Made by a program: the position numbers and the translations under genes. DNA of 64,000 nucleotides from Candidatus Marinacidobacterales bacterium. Its GTDB lineage: Bacteria > Acidobacteriota > Vicinamibacteria > Marinacidobacterales > DATDRI01. Positions 10,167 to 20,599 of this stretch are shown here, piece by piece. The notes beneath the pieces are model-generated. The model was not told the origin of the DNA, made no database searches, and was given only the letters and a program-made list of their open reading frames with translations. Numbering within the stretch: position 1 is the first letter of the stretch; each line of letters begins with the position of its first letter. The stretch is taken from NCBI GenBank assembly GCA_965226495.1, contig OZ245365.1:1344001-1408000 (forward strand), given 5' to 3'.

Positions 10167-11498
10167 TCAACGGATGAGGAGAACTTTCTCCTGAGGCGGG
10201 TACAACCATTCGATACCGCGCTCGGTGATGAGTGCGTTTTCCTCGACATTGACGCCTATCTTCGCTCCTCCCCATTCCTTGGCTGGCCGGAAGATCCGAT
10301 ATTCCAGCGAAATGATAGTGTTGGGGCGAACTTCGTATTTGGTCCGCTCCGGGAAAATCTCGAAGAGACCAGCCGACACATCATGGCCGATGTTGCCTGC
10401 GGCATGCATACCGACGTTGACCTCGATACCGGGCACGTCGCTGGGACGCTCCACCTCGGTGTAGACATAACCGGCGTCCCGAATGATTTGCTTGAGCTCG
10501 TCCAGCTGCTCTCTACCGGTGCGTCCCGACCGGACGTTCTTGCGAATGATCTCCGCCACCTTTCTTGCTTCTTCGAAGGCGACGACGACGTCGTGGGGCG
10601 CCTCGCTCTCCTCTTCTTTCAGGACGTAGGCAAAGCGCTTGATGTCAGTGCCGAAGTTATTGCGCACTCCTCCCCAATCGATCTGCACGATATCGCCTCG
10701 TCGAATAACCTCGTACACCGATCGCGCCCTCGAACCGCCCGGGCGGCTAAGCCAGACCGACGGATACCAAGCTCTTTGGAGCCCCCATTCCTCCCGCCGC
10801 TCCTCCAACCACAAGGAAACGTCCTGTAGAGTCGTCTGCCCCGGCGTGATCACTTCATTACTAAGCGCGCGCTCGATGCCCCTACGGGTGAGATCTCCAA
10901 TCTTGGAGATCTCACCCGCGACGCGCTCCCCGTGATAGTCCGCGATGAGATGCTGTGCCGAGGTGAAGCGGGAGGCGTACTTTTCGCCTAGCTCGTTCTC
11001 AAGGAACTGGTAGTCGGTGTGAGACAGTCCGTCGGCAACGTGAATACCCTCACGCGTATTGGGCACGGCGAGAAAGTTCAAAGCGATCGTTTTGGGATCG
11101 CGCTCTTCGACGATGGAGCGAAGCTCCGTACTTCTCCCGAACGAGTCGTACGCGCCACAGTCTTCCGCCATATCCGTCTCCGGTCCCAGCTGGATGCGCT
11201 CCACACGCCCTTCACCTGGGTCGAAGAAAATGTAGATCCCTTGGCCGTTGACGGTATCGATGCCGAAGTCACGCGCCATCGGCTCGGTGCCGCGACCACG
11301 ATCCAGCACGATCCACGTGTCGATGCGGTTGCGGCGCATGGCGGTGGGAAGCACGTAGTCGAATTTATCCTTGCGGATCATGCATGAGATCTCCCAAAGC
11401 GAGCGTGCATCGTCGATCGTCGATGCGCGGACCAGCAACGACAGGCTCGAGCTGGAGGCCACGAGGCACAGCAAGACAACGCATATGGATTTGTACAT
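10167..11498 (-). CDS. Secreted M24 (Xaa-Pro aminopeptidase-like) metallopeptidase
   Basis: IDWG...TDIKR, H-x-x-G-x-x-G-H, SLE, VEEN metal ligands; signal peptide from MYKSIC. Confidence 0.82.
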   Translation of the reverse strand: MYKSICVVLLCLVASSSSLSLLVRASTIDDARSLWEISCMIRKDKFDYVLPTAMRRNRIDTWIVLDRGRGTEPMARDFGIDTVNGQGIYIFFDPGEGRVERIQLGPETDMAEDCGAYDSFGRSTELRSIVEERDPKTIALNFLAVPNTREGIHVADGLSHTDYQFLENELGEKYASRFTSAQHLIADYHGERVAGEISKIGDLTRRGIERALSNEVITPGQTTLQDVSLWLEERREEWGLQRAWYPSVWLSRPGGSRARSVYEVIRRGDIVQIDWGGVRNNFGTDIKRFAYVLKEEESEAPHDVVVAFEEARKVAEIIRKNVRSGRTGREQLDELKQIIRDAGYVYTEVERPSDVPGIEVNVGMHAAGNIGHDVSAGLFEIFPERTKYEVRPNTIISLEYRIFRPAKEWGGAKIGVNVEENALITERGIEWLYPPQEKVLLIR

Positions 11499-11512
11499 CT
11501 CGATTCCCCTAT

Positions 11513-12508
11513 CTATCGTTCGTCCACCGCGATGAGCGGGACGATTATAGTCGGCGTCGCGGACGGCGTGTAGCGCCCCTCGGGAGCCTTGGTCGCGATC
11601 ATGTACCTGGGATCGGTGAGCAATCCGTAGAGACATGGGTCCACCGTGCGCATCAACTCCGGCGTATAGGCCCCCCACTCTTGACTCGGGCCTTCACCGC
11701 TCTCGGGACGGTTGGCGAAGTTGAACTCCTGCGCTCCGAGGATGGACGTGGTGCCCCAATACATGTACTCGACCGCCATACAGCCGTAATCACAGGTCTC
11801 GTCGTCGTAGTGATACCAGGCCTCTTCGGGATATCCCGCCTTAGGTCCCCCGGTAGGTATTTCCATGAAGCGCCCTCCGCGCGCCTTGTCCATGCAGTTG
11901 GCGAGCGCGCTCCCAGGTTCCGGAGCAAAGGCTTCAGGGTAGGCCGGCGACCAACCGGCATCGCAAAGAAGGTGCCAGATTTCTTCGAGGGCTGCGTCCT
12001 GCTCGACCTCCCGATTGACCACGCCGTCGGTCATGAATCCGGGGTGCGTTTCTTCGTCCCAAAGCAACTGCCCGGCGTTGAATCCCGCGCTCCGCCAGGC
12101 ATCGTGATCCATGTTCTCCAGCTCTTCCGGCGTTTTCGGAAACACGATGAACGAGTTGCGGCTTACCAGATGGCTTAGCACCAGCATGTTTTCTGGCACA
12201 CCGTCGGAGTCGTTATCTAAGTACTCGGCCATGACCTTGGCCGCATGTAGCAACTTCTCGTCTCGTGCGTCGGGCGTGGCAAAGATGTGCACGCCGAACA
12301 CACTCACGTACTTGGAAAAACCACCCTCCTTGAACGGAGCGAGATCCTCGGGAATGTCGGTAATTCTGATCTCTGCGGTCACTTGCTTCTCACCGATGAT
12401 GGTTGCCCCCACGAAGGGGTCCGTCTCGTCCCCTTTGGATTGAGCTTGGGCAATCAACGCATCAGCAACGAGAAGAAACAACAGAGATACCGTCACAACC
12501 ATTTTCAT
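11513..12508 (-). CDS. Secreted protein, possible zincin-like metallopeptidase
   Basis: Signal peptide; AEYLDNDSDG, LEEIWHLL (EExxH), CMAVEYMYW. Confidence 0.6.
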   Translation of the reverse strand: MKMVVTVSLLFLLVADALIAQAQSKGDETDPFVGATIIGEKQVTAEIRITDIPEDLAPFKEGGFSKYVSVFGVHIFATPDARDEKLLHAAKVMAEYLDNDSDGVPENMLVLSHLVSRNSFIVFPKTPEELENMDHDAWRSAGFNAGQLLWDEETHPGFMTDGVVNREVEQDAALEEIWHLLCDAGWSPAYPEAFAPEPGSALANCMDKARGGRFMEIPTGGPKAGYPEEAWYHYDDETCDYGCMAVEYMYWGTTSILGAQEFNFANRPESGEGPSQEWGAYTPELMRTVDPCLYGLLTDPRYMIATKAPEGRYTPSATPTIIVPLIAVDER

Positions 12509-12892
12509 GGCTAGCCTTCCTTGTCTCACCCCGTGAACTCAGCGGCCGAGGCGCCGCAGCCCGGGGTGATCGGAGACGATCCGGGTAGACCAAAACGCTG
12601 CCTAGTGCACCGTTGCCTCGAGGCCGATCCCTGGTGCACTCCATCACGATTACCGATGGTCCCTTCCATAAACTCGATCTGTATGAGATTGGCGAACTGC
12701 CTGCAACCAGGATGCTTTGGTCGTCTTCATGTAGGACGTTTTAAGAGCCGGCGTCGGCTCTACTCAGGGGTAGAGGTGTAAGCTGGTGCGGAGTCCCGCA
12801 GCCGTTCCGAGCGGATCAGACTCAAGCAGCGCGTCGAGTGTGATGATGATGGAGACCACCGACCTTTAGGAATATCGACCCGTGCCAGCAAG

Positions 12893-13260
12893 TCACTTGC
12901 GGATGGCGTAGGCGTAGAGCGTATCCTGGTCGCGCAGGTAGAGTGTGCCGTTTGCCACGACCGGATGTGCCCACGTGGGCTTGTTGGAGGTTCGGATCTC
13001 GAAGCGACCTTTCTCTCGGTACCCCACCGGCGTCGCCTCTACGAGCCCCACCACTCCGTTCTCGCTGAAGATGTACAAATGCCCGTCCGCAAAGACCAGA
13101 GAGCCCTTCCCGATGCTGCGGTCACGCCACACCAGCTCGCCCGTCCAGAAGTTCAGAGCGTGGAGACGGCTGCTCGAGAAACCATAGAGCGTATCGCCGA
13201 CCAGAACGGAGCTGCTGTGGTGGTTGCGCATGTCACGGGTGAAGTAGACCTCACGGGCTG
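12893..13260 (-). pseudogene. PQQ-like beta-propeller (BamB-like) C-terminal fragment
   Basis: TGELVW, GSLVFADGHLY, TWAHPVVANGTLYLRDQ; 5' part missing. Confidence 0.75.
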
Positions 13261-13301
13261 TTATTTGCTCCGCGCCCCCGGAGATCTCGAGCAGGGCACA
13301 G

Positions 13302-13326
13302 CCCGTCCTGTGCCAAAACTCAGCCC
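13302..13326 (+). repeat. 25-bp direct repeat of 8512-8536
   Basis: CCCGTCCTGTGCCAAAACTC(A/G)GCCC, 1 mismatch. Confidence 0.8.
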
Positions 13327-14699
13327 AGCCGGCATCGACGAAAGAACTGCGCCTCTCGAAATCAGGCTAAGACTCTAGCACGCGAACAGGTTACGCGGCG
13401 GCCGCCAACACTTGACTGCGGAAGCACCCATCGGTGCATCGGTTGCGTGTCCTTCATCATCATTGATTATCGGCACCCTGAGCATCAGCGGGGGAACCGT
13501 CCGGCGCAGCGGGCTTCTGGTCAGGCTCCATCGTTGTCCTCCGCCGTGATTCGGCCACGGGTGCTCCGCGATAGGCGGGGCGGACACGAACTCTATGCAG
13601 TCGGATGCGGATGCCCCGCCGCCAATAGCGCCTTCTGAACTCTCTGCAGAACATCGGGTGCTTTCAGCATTTCGCTACTAAAGTGAGGATCGGAGGGGAG
13701 CACCAAGTCACATACACGTCCATTTTTATCCAGTTTGTAGAATATGACAGTGGCTCGTCTATCGGGAGCCTTTCCTTCGTGAGCTGCTCCTTTTGCTTGT
13801 GGCCCCCACCTCTCGGGGAACCGCCGCGCGAGCAGCCACATCGAAGCCTCCGCCTTCGGCGGGCGAAACTTCGACACGATCTCGGCGGACTTGACCTTCC
13901 CGTCTTTCAACTGGCCGTTTAGGATTTCGCCGCCCTTGTATTTCACCGTCTGCCGGATAATCTTGCTCTCCCCAAGGGCGCTCCGCTCGATGTTATCGAG
14001 GTGAACCCATTCGAAGTGTGCCAGGGCCTTCTGGACGGACTCGTAAAATTCATGAAATAGACCGCCCTCTACCTTCCCACGTGCGAGCCACCTGCAAAGT
14101 GTCTCTGGGGTTATGCCAGCGGACTGCGCTGCATCCTTATAGCTCATCCCTGCTCGAACGCACCTGAGGACCTTCTCTTGGCGCTCGGGGGTGAGTTTAG
14201 TTTTCCGTCCAGCCATGTTTGGAGGAATCTTAAAATTCACGGAATTGTCCGCTCTTGGCCTCTTTCCTGGCAATTGCGCAGTCTTATTCTCCCCCATTCG
14301 GCGCATACGTCCATTATCCGGTATCAGGTAAATGAGGGTGGGTTGTCTATCGCGAGCCTCTCCTTCGTGAGCTTCTCCTCTTGCTCGTGGCCCCCACCTA
14401 TCGGGGAACCGCCGCGCGAGCAGCCACGCCGACCTCTTCCAGTTCCGCGGGCGAGACTCCGTCACGGTCGTAGCGTACTTGACCTTCCCGTCTTTCAACT
14501 GGCCGTTTAGGATTTCGCCGACCTCGTATCTTTCCGTCTGCCGGGTGATCTTGCTCTCCTTGAGGGCGCTCCGCTCGATGTTCTCGAGGTGAACCCATTC
14601 GAAGTGTGCCAGGGCCTCCTGGACGGACTCGTAAAATTCATGAAATAGGCCGCTCTCCGCCTTCTCCCCACGTGCGATCCACCTACAAAGCGTCTCTAG

Positions 14700-16200
14700 C
14701 AGCCCGTTGAAAAAGTCGTATTCGGCCGCGATATTTCTCTGAAGACTCATTCGATGACGATGTAAAATTGCATCGCATGTCGATGAAGAAGAAAAAGAAA
14801 AGTCGCCAAGAGACTTTATGGATTCCACACGATGCGGTTGCGTCGAGTCCTGGTCACCCTTTTTATGAGGAACTCGAGCGGGTACTTCGAGAGGAAGAGT
14901 TTGACTCGTTTGTGGAGTCGAAATGCTCGCCGTATTACGCGAAGAAGCAAGGTCGGCCGAGCATACCGCCGGGTGTGTATTTTCGAATGCTGTTGATCGG
15001 CTACTTTGAGCGCATCGATTCAGAGCGCGGGATCTGCTGGCGGTGTTCGGACTCACTGTCTTTGCGCCAGTTTCTTGGCCTTGGAATGGAAGAGCGAACG
15101 CCGGACCATTCGTCGCTGTCTCGGATACGGAATCGACTTCCGCTGGAAGTTCACGAATCTGTATTTGGATGGGTGCTAGAAATTCTAGCGTCGAGAGGGA
15201 TGATAGATGGCAAGACACTGGGTGTGGACGCGACGACGCTGGAAGCGAATGCGGCGCTTCGGTCAATCGTTCGTCGAGACACGGGGGAAAGCTACGAATC
15301 GTATTTGAAGGAGCTTGCGCGCAAGAGTGGTATCGAAGAGCCGAGCCGAGCGGACATTGCGAAGTTGGACAAGAAGCGGCCAAAGAAAGGGTCGAACAAG
15401 GAGTGGGTGAATCCGAACGAGCCGGATGCGGAGATCATGAAAATGAAGAGCGGGGGCACGGATATGGCGCACAAAGCCGAGCATGCTGTGGACATGAGCG
15501 GGGAAGGTGCGGTAATTGCCGTGACGCTTCACGGAGGCGCGAAGGGTGACACAAAGAGCCTACCGGATACGCTGGAAAAAGCGCAGTCAAATCTGCAAGA
15601 GCTCGCGAACAACGCGGAATATTGTGAACGAATACATGAAGACGCGGGTCGCGAAGTGGTCGGGGACAAGGGCTATCACGGCAACGACATCCTGGTTGAG
15701 CTGGTCGAACAAGAATACCGGAGCTACATTTCGGAGCCAGAGCGAGGTGGCCGCAAATGGAAGGACAAACAGGCCGAGCAAGCCGCCACCTACGCGAACC
15801 GACGTCGCATTCGCGGGACTCGAGGTAAGCGATTAATACGCCGTCGCGGCGAGTTACTCGAACGACCTTTCGCGCACTACCTCGAAGCGGGAGGCATGCG
15901 ACGAACGCATTTGCGAAGACACGAAAATATACTCAAGCGCCTCCTCACGCACGTGGCCGGATTCAATCTCGGGATTCTGATGCGCAATCTCATCGGCAAG
16001 GCCACGCCGAAGGAATACGCGGAGCTCAACGCCAGTCTGATCGCTGCTTTATTGCGCTTCGTCTCGACCATAGGCGCACGTTTTGCCCCGCTGCAATCCA
16101 TTGGGCGTCTCAACTTGGCCGTTCCGCCGAATCACATCTTCCTTGAACTTGCCCACCAAACTTTCTCCGTGAGCAGAATCGGGACTTTTTCACCGGGCTG
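14700..16200 (+). mobile_element. IS element (IS1182/IS5-like), 1501 bp
   Basis: TIRs CAGCCCGTTGAAAAAGTC / GACTTTTTCACCGGGCTG (17/18); CTAG target duplication at 14696-14699 and 16201-16204. Confidence 0.92.
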
Positions 16201-16204
16201 CTAG
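14777..16204 (+). CDS. DDE transposase (DUF772 + DDE)
   Basis: GRPSIPP, SERGI, PDHSSLSRIR, VDATTLEANA, GDKGY, ERPFAH; stop codon lies in the CTAG TSD. Confidence 0.92.
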   Translation: MSMKKKKKSRQETLWIPHDAVASSPGHPFYEELERVLREEEFDSFVESKCSPYYAKKQGRPSIPPGVYFRMLLIGYFERIDSERGICWRCSDSLSLRQFLGLGMEERTPDHSSLSRIRNRLPLEVHESVFGWVLEILASRGMIDGKTLGVDATTLEANAALRSIVRRDTGESYESYLKELARKSGIEEPSRADIAKLDKKRPKKGSNKEWVNPNEPDAEIMKMKSGGTDMAHKAEHAVDMSGEGAVIAVTLHGGAKGDTKSLPDTLEKAQSNLQELANNAEYCERIHEDAGREVVGDKGYHGNDILVELVEQEYRSYISEPERGGRKWKDKQAEQAATYANRRRIRGTRGKRLIRRRGELLERPFAHYLEAGGMRRTHLRRHENILKRLLTHVAGFNLGILMRNLIGKATPKEYAELNASLIAALLRFVSTIGARFAPLQSIGRLNLAVPPNHIFLELAHQTFSVSRIGTFSPGC

Positions 16205-16725
16205 GGCTATGCCAGCGGGCTCCGCTGCCGCCTTATAGGTCATCCCTGCTCGAACGCACTTGAGGATCTTCTCTTGGCGCTCGGGGGTGAGTTTGGTTTT
16301 CCGCCCAGCCATTTGTCGGGGAATTTTACCATAGGTTTCGTTCTTGATAAAATTGACGATATATGCTGCTCTTGGCCTGCTCTCCACGCGCGAAACAGGC
16401 GTAGAACGTGGCCTTATTGACGCCTGCGACGTCTGCGACCTACCCCCGGCATCCTTAGCCAGAACGCACTCCCGGATGGTTTTTTTGCGTTCGGGGGTCA
16501 CTTTGTGTCCATTATTCTCTGTTAACTCCCTGTTTTTCAGGGTTGCCAGCCGAGACCGGATAGCTCCAAACTGCACCATCCGCCATTCAAATCAATAACT
16601 TGCGTGTGTTTCGGCGTGCCGGTTCGGCCAAATTGTCCGTGTTTTGCGAGAAAAGTGGACCACGGTCGGCTGTTCATCGATGTAGCTAGCCAAGGATTGG
16701 GTAGCGTTGGCGAGGTCTTCAGACC

Positions 16726-17127
16726 TTACGGCGTGACGTCGCGCAGCAACGAGCTTGACACAATCGTTCGGCCGGTCTTCTCAGTCATCTCCGCGACTCT
16801 ACGCTTCCACTCGGCGTCAGCGCCGAGCTGGGCGATTGCTTCCTCCATGTGGGCAAGCCCCTTAAACTCAACAACGACATAGACCAAGCCCGCGTTGGGA
16901 CCAGCCCAATCGGCGCGGTAGACTCTTGTCGGCAAGCCCGGAATGACTTCATTCTGTCGCTCAATGACGGCCTTCACGAGACGTAAGTACTCAGTCGTAT
17001 TGCCATGGGTATCGATCGTCTGGACTTGAATGATCGGTTTGGCGTCCGATGCAAGAAGGGCCGGACCCTGAGTAAACGCGCACCCTACTACTAATAATGT
17101 AATTAGATGCTTGATAGTGTTTCTCAT
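16726..17127 (-). CDS. Secreted hypothetical protein (possible ferredoxin-like alpha/beta fold)
   Basis: RBS GGAGGAG, signal peptide, beta-alpha-beta pattern (GLVYVVVEF..LA..E). Confidence 0.6.
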   Translation of the reverse strand: MRNTIKHLITLLVVGCAFTQGPALLASDAKPIIQVQTIDTHGNTTEYLRLVKAVIERQNEVIPGLPTRVYRADWAGPNAGLVYVVVEFKGLAHMEEAIAQLGADAEWKRRVAEMTEKTGRTIVSSSLLRDVTP

Positions 17128-17196
17128 TTGGACTTCTCCTCCGAGAGCGGCTGCGGTCATCAAACACTCGGCGCCAAAGTAAATAGCCCGACAGGC

Positions 17197-18834
17197 CTAT
17201 TGTTCAGCCTCATAGACAACTCGGCCTTCGAATACCGTTTCTAGAACTCGGGTGTTTGCTATTTCCGCCGAAGGTATTTCAAACAGGTTGCGATCGAGCA
17301 CAATCATATCGGCCATTTTCCCCATTTCAATGGAACCGTTGGTTTTCTGTTTACCCATAGAGATAGCACCATTCAACGTCATTGCCTTGATAGCTTCATG
17401 CAGGTCGATTGATTCGTCACCGTGATCGAGCAAACCAGAAAGTGCTGGAAAGAGATTTGGTTCGGGCAACACCACCCAGTCACTACCGATGGTCATCAGG
17501 GTATTGTGATCGAGCAAACTTCTGAACTGCCAGGCCCCTGCCAGATTGGCGGTGAGTGGACCTTTAATTTGCCAGATTGCCGGTGACATTTCCGTGACCG
17601 CATTAAGTTCACTTGGTCGGCCAAGATCCACCGATTCATATCGAAGACTATGGGCGATGTCGTGGTATATACCGGAGTCCCCATTTGCCTTGCGCGCCGT
17701 GGCGATGGCATTCAATGCCGTCCGCGTGGCACCGGTACCGACAGCGTGCATCTTTACCTTAAGCCCCATCTTGTCGAAATGCGTCACTAACTTGTTTAAT
17801 GTTTCCGGGCTGTCGTACAAACGTTCAACAGGAATATTTCCATCAGCATCCATATTCACGTCGGTAGCATGTGGCTGTAGTGGAGAGCCGTCCACATAGA
17901 TCTTAACGGCATCCGTATCCAGATGCGGTGATTTGTATCTTGCCCGGTCTCTAATTACGCGCTCCATATCGGCGGGGGACATGTTGCTGCTTCCCGGGTG
18001 GTTTACAACGAGATGAGTCGACAAGCGCAAAGGCCATTTCCCTTGCTCATCCAGTTTCTTGATTGCGATCAACATAGCTTCATTCGATGCAGCGTCCTGC
18101 GCTGAGGTAATACCAAATTGATTACAGAGTTTCGCCGTTCGCAACACCGCATCTCGAATCGTTTCGGAAGGTAAGGGTGGTATGTACTTCATCACCAGCC
18201 AAGTAGCTTTAGACAATAGTTCACCAGTAGGCTCACCCATCCCATCGTGCAATATTGTTCCTCTGTCGGGATCGGGCGTACTCCGATCGATTCCGGCGAT
18301 CTCAAGTGCCTTGCTATTGGCAAGTCCATGATGAAAGGACCATTCGCGAATATAGATCGGTGTATCAGGAAATGCCGCATCAATGCGACGCCGGTGCGCC
18401 TTGCCACCGGGAAACAAATCTCCGCGGTAGACAAAGGCCACAATCCATTCGCCCCGGGTAAACCCCTGCTCCTGGCAAAGTTTCAGGCCTTCAATAATCT
18501 GGTCTACATTACCGTTGGGTGGCAGCTTACAATCGATTTCACGCATCTGTGCCTTCAACAAATGCTGATGCGCATCGTGAAGACCGGGCATTGCCATTTT
18601 GCCTTTTAGATCGACGATACGCGTTTTTGGACCAACAAACGCACCGATATCTTCATCCTTGCCGACATACAGAAAGCGATCGCTCTTGATCGCAACGGAC
18701 TGTGCCCACGGAAGACTTGAATTTACGGTATAGATTTTGCCGTTCTTGTAAACGATGTCAGCATCTTGCTGTGCGAAAGCATTGTTCGCCACTGTGAGTA
18801 ACAAGAATCCAAGGATTATCAGATTGGTATTCAT
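17197..18834 (-). CDS. Amidohydrolase 3 family (YtcJ-like), secreted
   Basis: NGKIYT, PGLHDAHQH, KIYVDG, HAVG, GSDW, GSIEMGKMADMIVLDRN. Confidence 0.9.
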   Translation of the reverse strand: MNTNLIILGFLLLTVANNAFAQQDADIVYKNGKIYTVNSSLPWAQSVAIKSDRFLYVGKDEDIGAFVGPKTRIVDLKGKMAMPGLHDAHQHLLKAQMREIDCKLPPNGNVDQIIEGLKLCQEQGFTRGEWIVAFVYRGDLFPGGKAHRRRIDAAFPDTPIYIREWSFHHGLANSKALEIAGIDRSTPDPDRGTILHDGMGEPTGELLSKATWLVMKYIPPLPSETIRDAVLRTAKLCNQFGITSAQDAASNEAMLIAIKKLDEQGKWPLRLSTHLVVNHPGSSNMSPADMERVIRDRARYKSPHLDTDAVKIYVDGSPLQPHATDVNMDADGNIPVERLYDSPETLNKLVTHFDKMGLKVKMHAVGTGATRTALNAIATARKANGDSGIYHDIAHSLRYESVDLGRPSELNAVTEMSPAIWQIKGPLTANLAGAWQFRSLLDHNTLMTIGSDWVVLPEPNLFPALSGLLDHGDESIDLHEAIKAMTLNGAISMGKQKTNGSIEMGKMADMIVLDRNLFEIPSAEIANTRVLETVFEGRVVYEAEQ

Positions 18835-18901
18835 TTTTTGGTCCTTCTCAGGGCCCGCGACTTTCAGGGCCTACGAGCGGAAGCAAGATATCCCGGCAGG
18901 C

Positions 18902-20575
18902 CTATTGTTCATATTGTTCAGCCTGATATACAACTTGGCCTTCGAATACGGTTTCCAGGACGAGGGTGTCTGCTATTTGCGCCGGTGGTATCTCGAACAG
19001 ATTACGATCGAGCACAATCATATCGGCAGATTTCCCCACTTCAATGGAACCATAGGTTTTCTGTTTACCCACAGCGATAGCACCATTCAACGTCATTGCC
19101 TTGATAGCTTCATGCAGGTTGATTGATTCGTCACCGTGATCGACTAGACCAGAAAGTGCTGGAAAGAGATTCGGTTCGGGCAATATCACCCAATCACTAC
19201 CGATAGTCATCAGGGTATTGTGATCGAGCACAGTCCTGAACTGGTAGGCCTTGGGCAGATTGGCTGTGAGCAGATTGGCCGTGAGCGGACCTCTAATTTG
19301 CCAGATTCCCGGTGACATTTCCGCAACGGCATTGAGCTTACTTAGTCGGGGAATATCCACCGCTTTATAGCGAATACTATGGGTGATCTCGTGGTATATA
19401 CCGGAGTCCCCATTTGCCTTGCGTGCCGCGGCGATGGCATTCACTGCCGTCCGGGTGGCGGCGGTACCGACGGCGTGCATCTTCACCTTAAACCCCATCC
19501 TGTCGAAATCCGTCACCAATCTGTTTAATGTCTCCGGGCTCTGGCGCAAACGTTCAACAGGGATATTTCCAGCAGCATCTATATCCACATCGGCGTTATG
19601 TGGCTGTAGTGGAGAGCCGTCCACAAAAATCTTTACGGCATCCGTATCTAAATGCGGTGATTTGTAACTTGCCGTGACACGCTCCACCTCAGCAAGGGGC
19701 ATATGACCCCCTCCCGACCGGTTTACGCGGAGATGGGTCATCACGCGCAAAGCCCACTGCCCCTGCTCATCCAGTTTCTTGATTTCGCTCAACAGAGCTT
19801 CAGTCGATGCAGCGTTCTGCGCTGAGGTAATACCAAATTGATGACAGAGTCTTGCCGTTCGCAGCACTGCATCGCGGAGCGCTTCAGAGGGTAAAGGTGG
19901 TATGTTTTTCCTTACCAGCGAGGCAGCTCCATGCACTAGTTCACCAGTAGGCTCACCTTTTTCATCGCGCACTATTTTTCCGCTGTCGGGATCGGGCGTA
20001 TTCCGATCGATTCCGGCGATCTCGAGTGCCCTGCTATTGGCAAGTCCGCCCTGGGCCCATGCGCTGATATAAACTGGTGTATCAGGAAATGCGGCATCGA
20101 TATAGCGCCGGTGCGCTTGGCCACCGGGAAACGAGCCTCCGCGGTAGACAGAGGCCACAATCCATTCGCCCCGGGTATGACCCTGCTCCTGGCAAAGTTT
20201 CAGGCCTTCAATAATCTTGTCTACAGTGCCAGCCGCAGGGTCAGCATAACTGGCGGGTCGCAGCCTACAATTGCCCCCAATTTCACGCATCGAAACCCCA
20301 AAATGCTGGTGTGCATCGTGAATACCAGGCATTGCCATCTTACCTTTTAGATCAACGACACGCGTTTTTGGACCAATAAATGATGCGACGTCTTTATCCG
20401 TGCCAACATACAGAAAGCGGTCACTCTTGATGGCAACGGACTGTGCCCAAGGAAGTCTATAGTTTACGGTATAGATTTGTCCGTTCTTGTAAACGATGTC
20501 AGCATCTTGCTGTGCGAAAGCATTGTTAGCCACTGTGAATAACAAAAATCCAGTGATTATCAGATTCGTAGTCAT
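18902..20575 (-). CDS. Amidohydrolase 3 family, tandem paralog
   Basis: Same motifs (PGIHDAHQH, KIFVDG, GSDW); highly similar to 17197..18834. Confidence 0.9.
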   Translation of the reverse strand: MTTNLIITGFLLFTVANNAFAQQDADIVYKNGQIYTVNYRLPWAQSVAIKSDRFLYVGTDKDVASFIGPKTRVVDLKGKMAMPGIHDAHQHFGVSMREIGGNCRLRPASYADPAAGTVDKIIEGLKLCQEQGHTRGEWIVASVYRGGSFPGGQAHRRYIDAAFPDTPVYISAWAQGGLANSRALEIAGIDRNTPDPDSGKIVRDEKGEPTGELVHGAASLVRKNIPPLPSEALRDAVLRTARLCHQFGITSAQNAASTEALLSEIKKLDEQGQWALRVMTHLRVNRSGGGHMPLAEVERVTASYKSPHLDTDAVKIFVDGSPLQPHNADVDIDAAGNIPVERLRQSPETLNRLVTDFDRMGFKVKMHAVGTAATRTAVNAIAAARKANGDSGIYHEITHSIRYKAVDIPRLSKLNAVAEMSPGIWQIRGPLTANLLTANLPKAYQFRTVLDHNTLMTIGSDWVILPEPNLFPALSGLVDHGDESINLHEAIKAMTLNGAIAVGKQKTYGSIEVGKSADMIVLDRNLFEIPPAQIADTLVLETVFEGQVVYQAEQYEQ

Positions 20576-20599
20576 TCGTACTCCTTGCTTAATATGGTT

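Larger units (their letters stand above)
13593..16579 (-). pseudogene. Tandem-duplicated terminase-small-subunit-like HTH protein, interrupted by an IS
   Basis: Two units MAGRKTKLTPERQEK..AGI..ETLCRW..G...F.E..E.A...WLLARRFP.RWG; removing the IS and one CTAG restores AGIALETLCRW in frame (~493 aa); the second unit (from ~14217) is intact. Confidence 0.65.

Noticed and set aside
14700-15383. N-terminal ~230 aa of the 596-aa ORF 13593..15383
   Set aside because: Antisense read-through of the IS; only the part below 14700 belongs to the TerS-like gene.
13593-16579. Prophage
   Set aside because: No large terminase, portal, capsid, tail, lysis or replication genes in the window.
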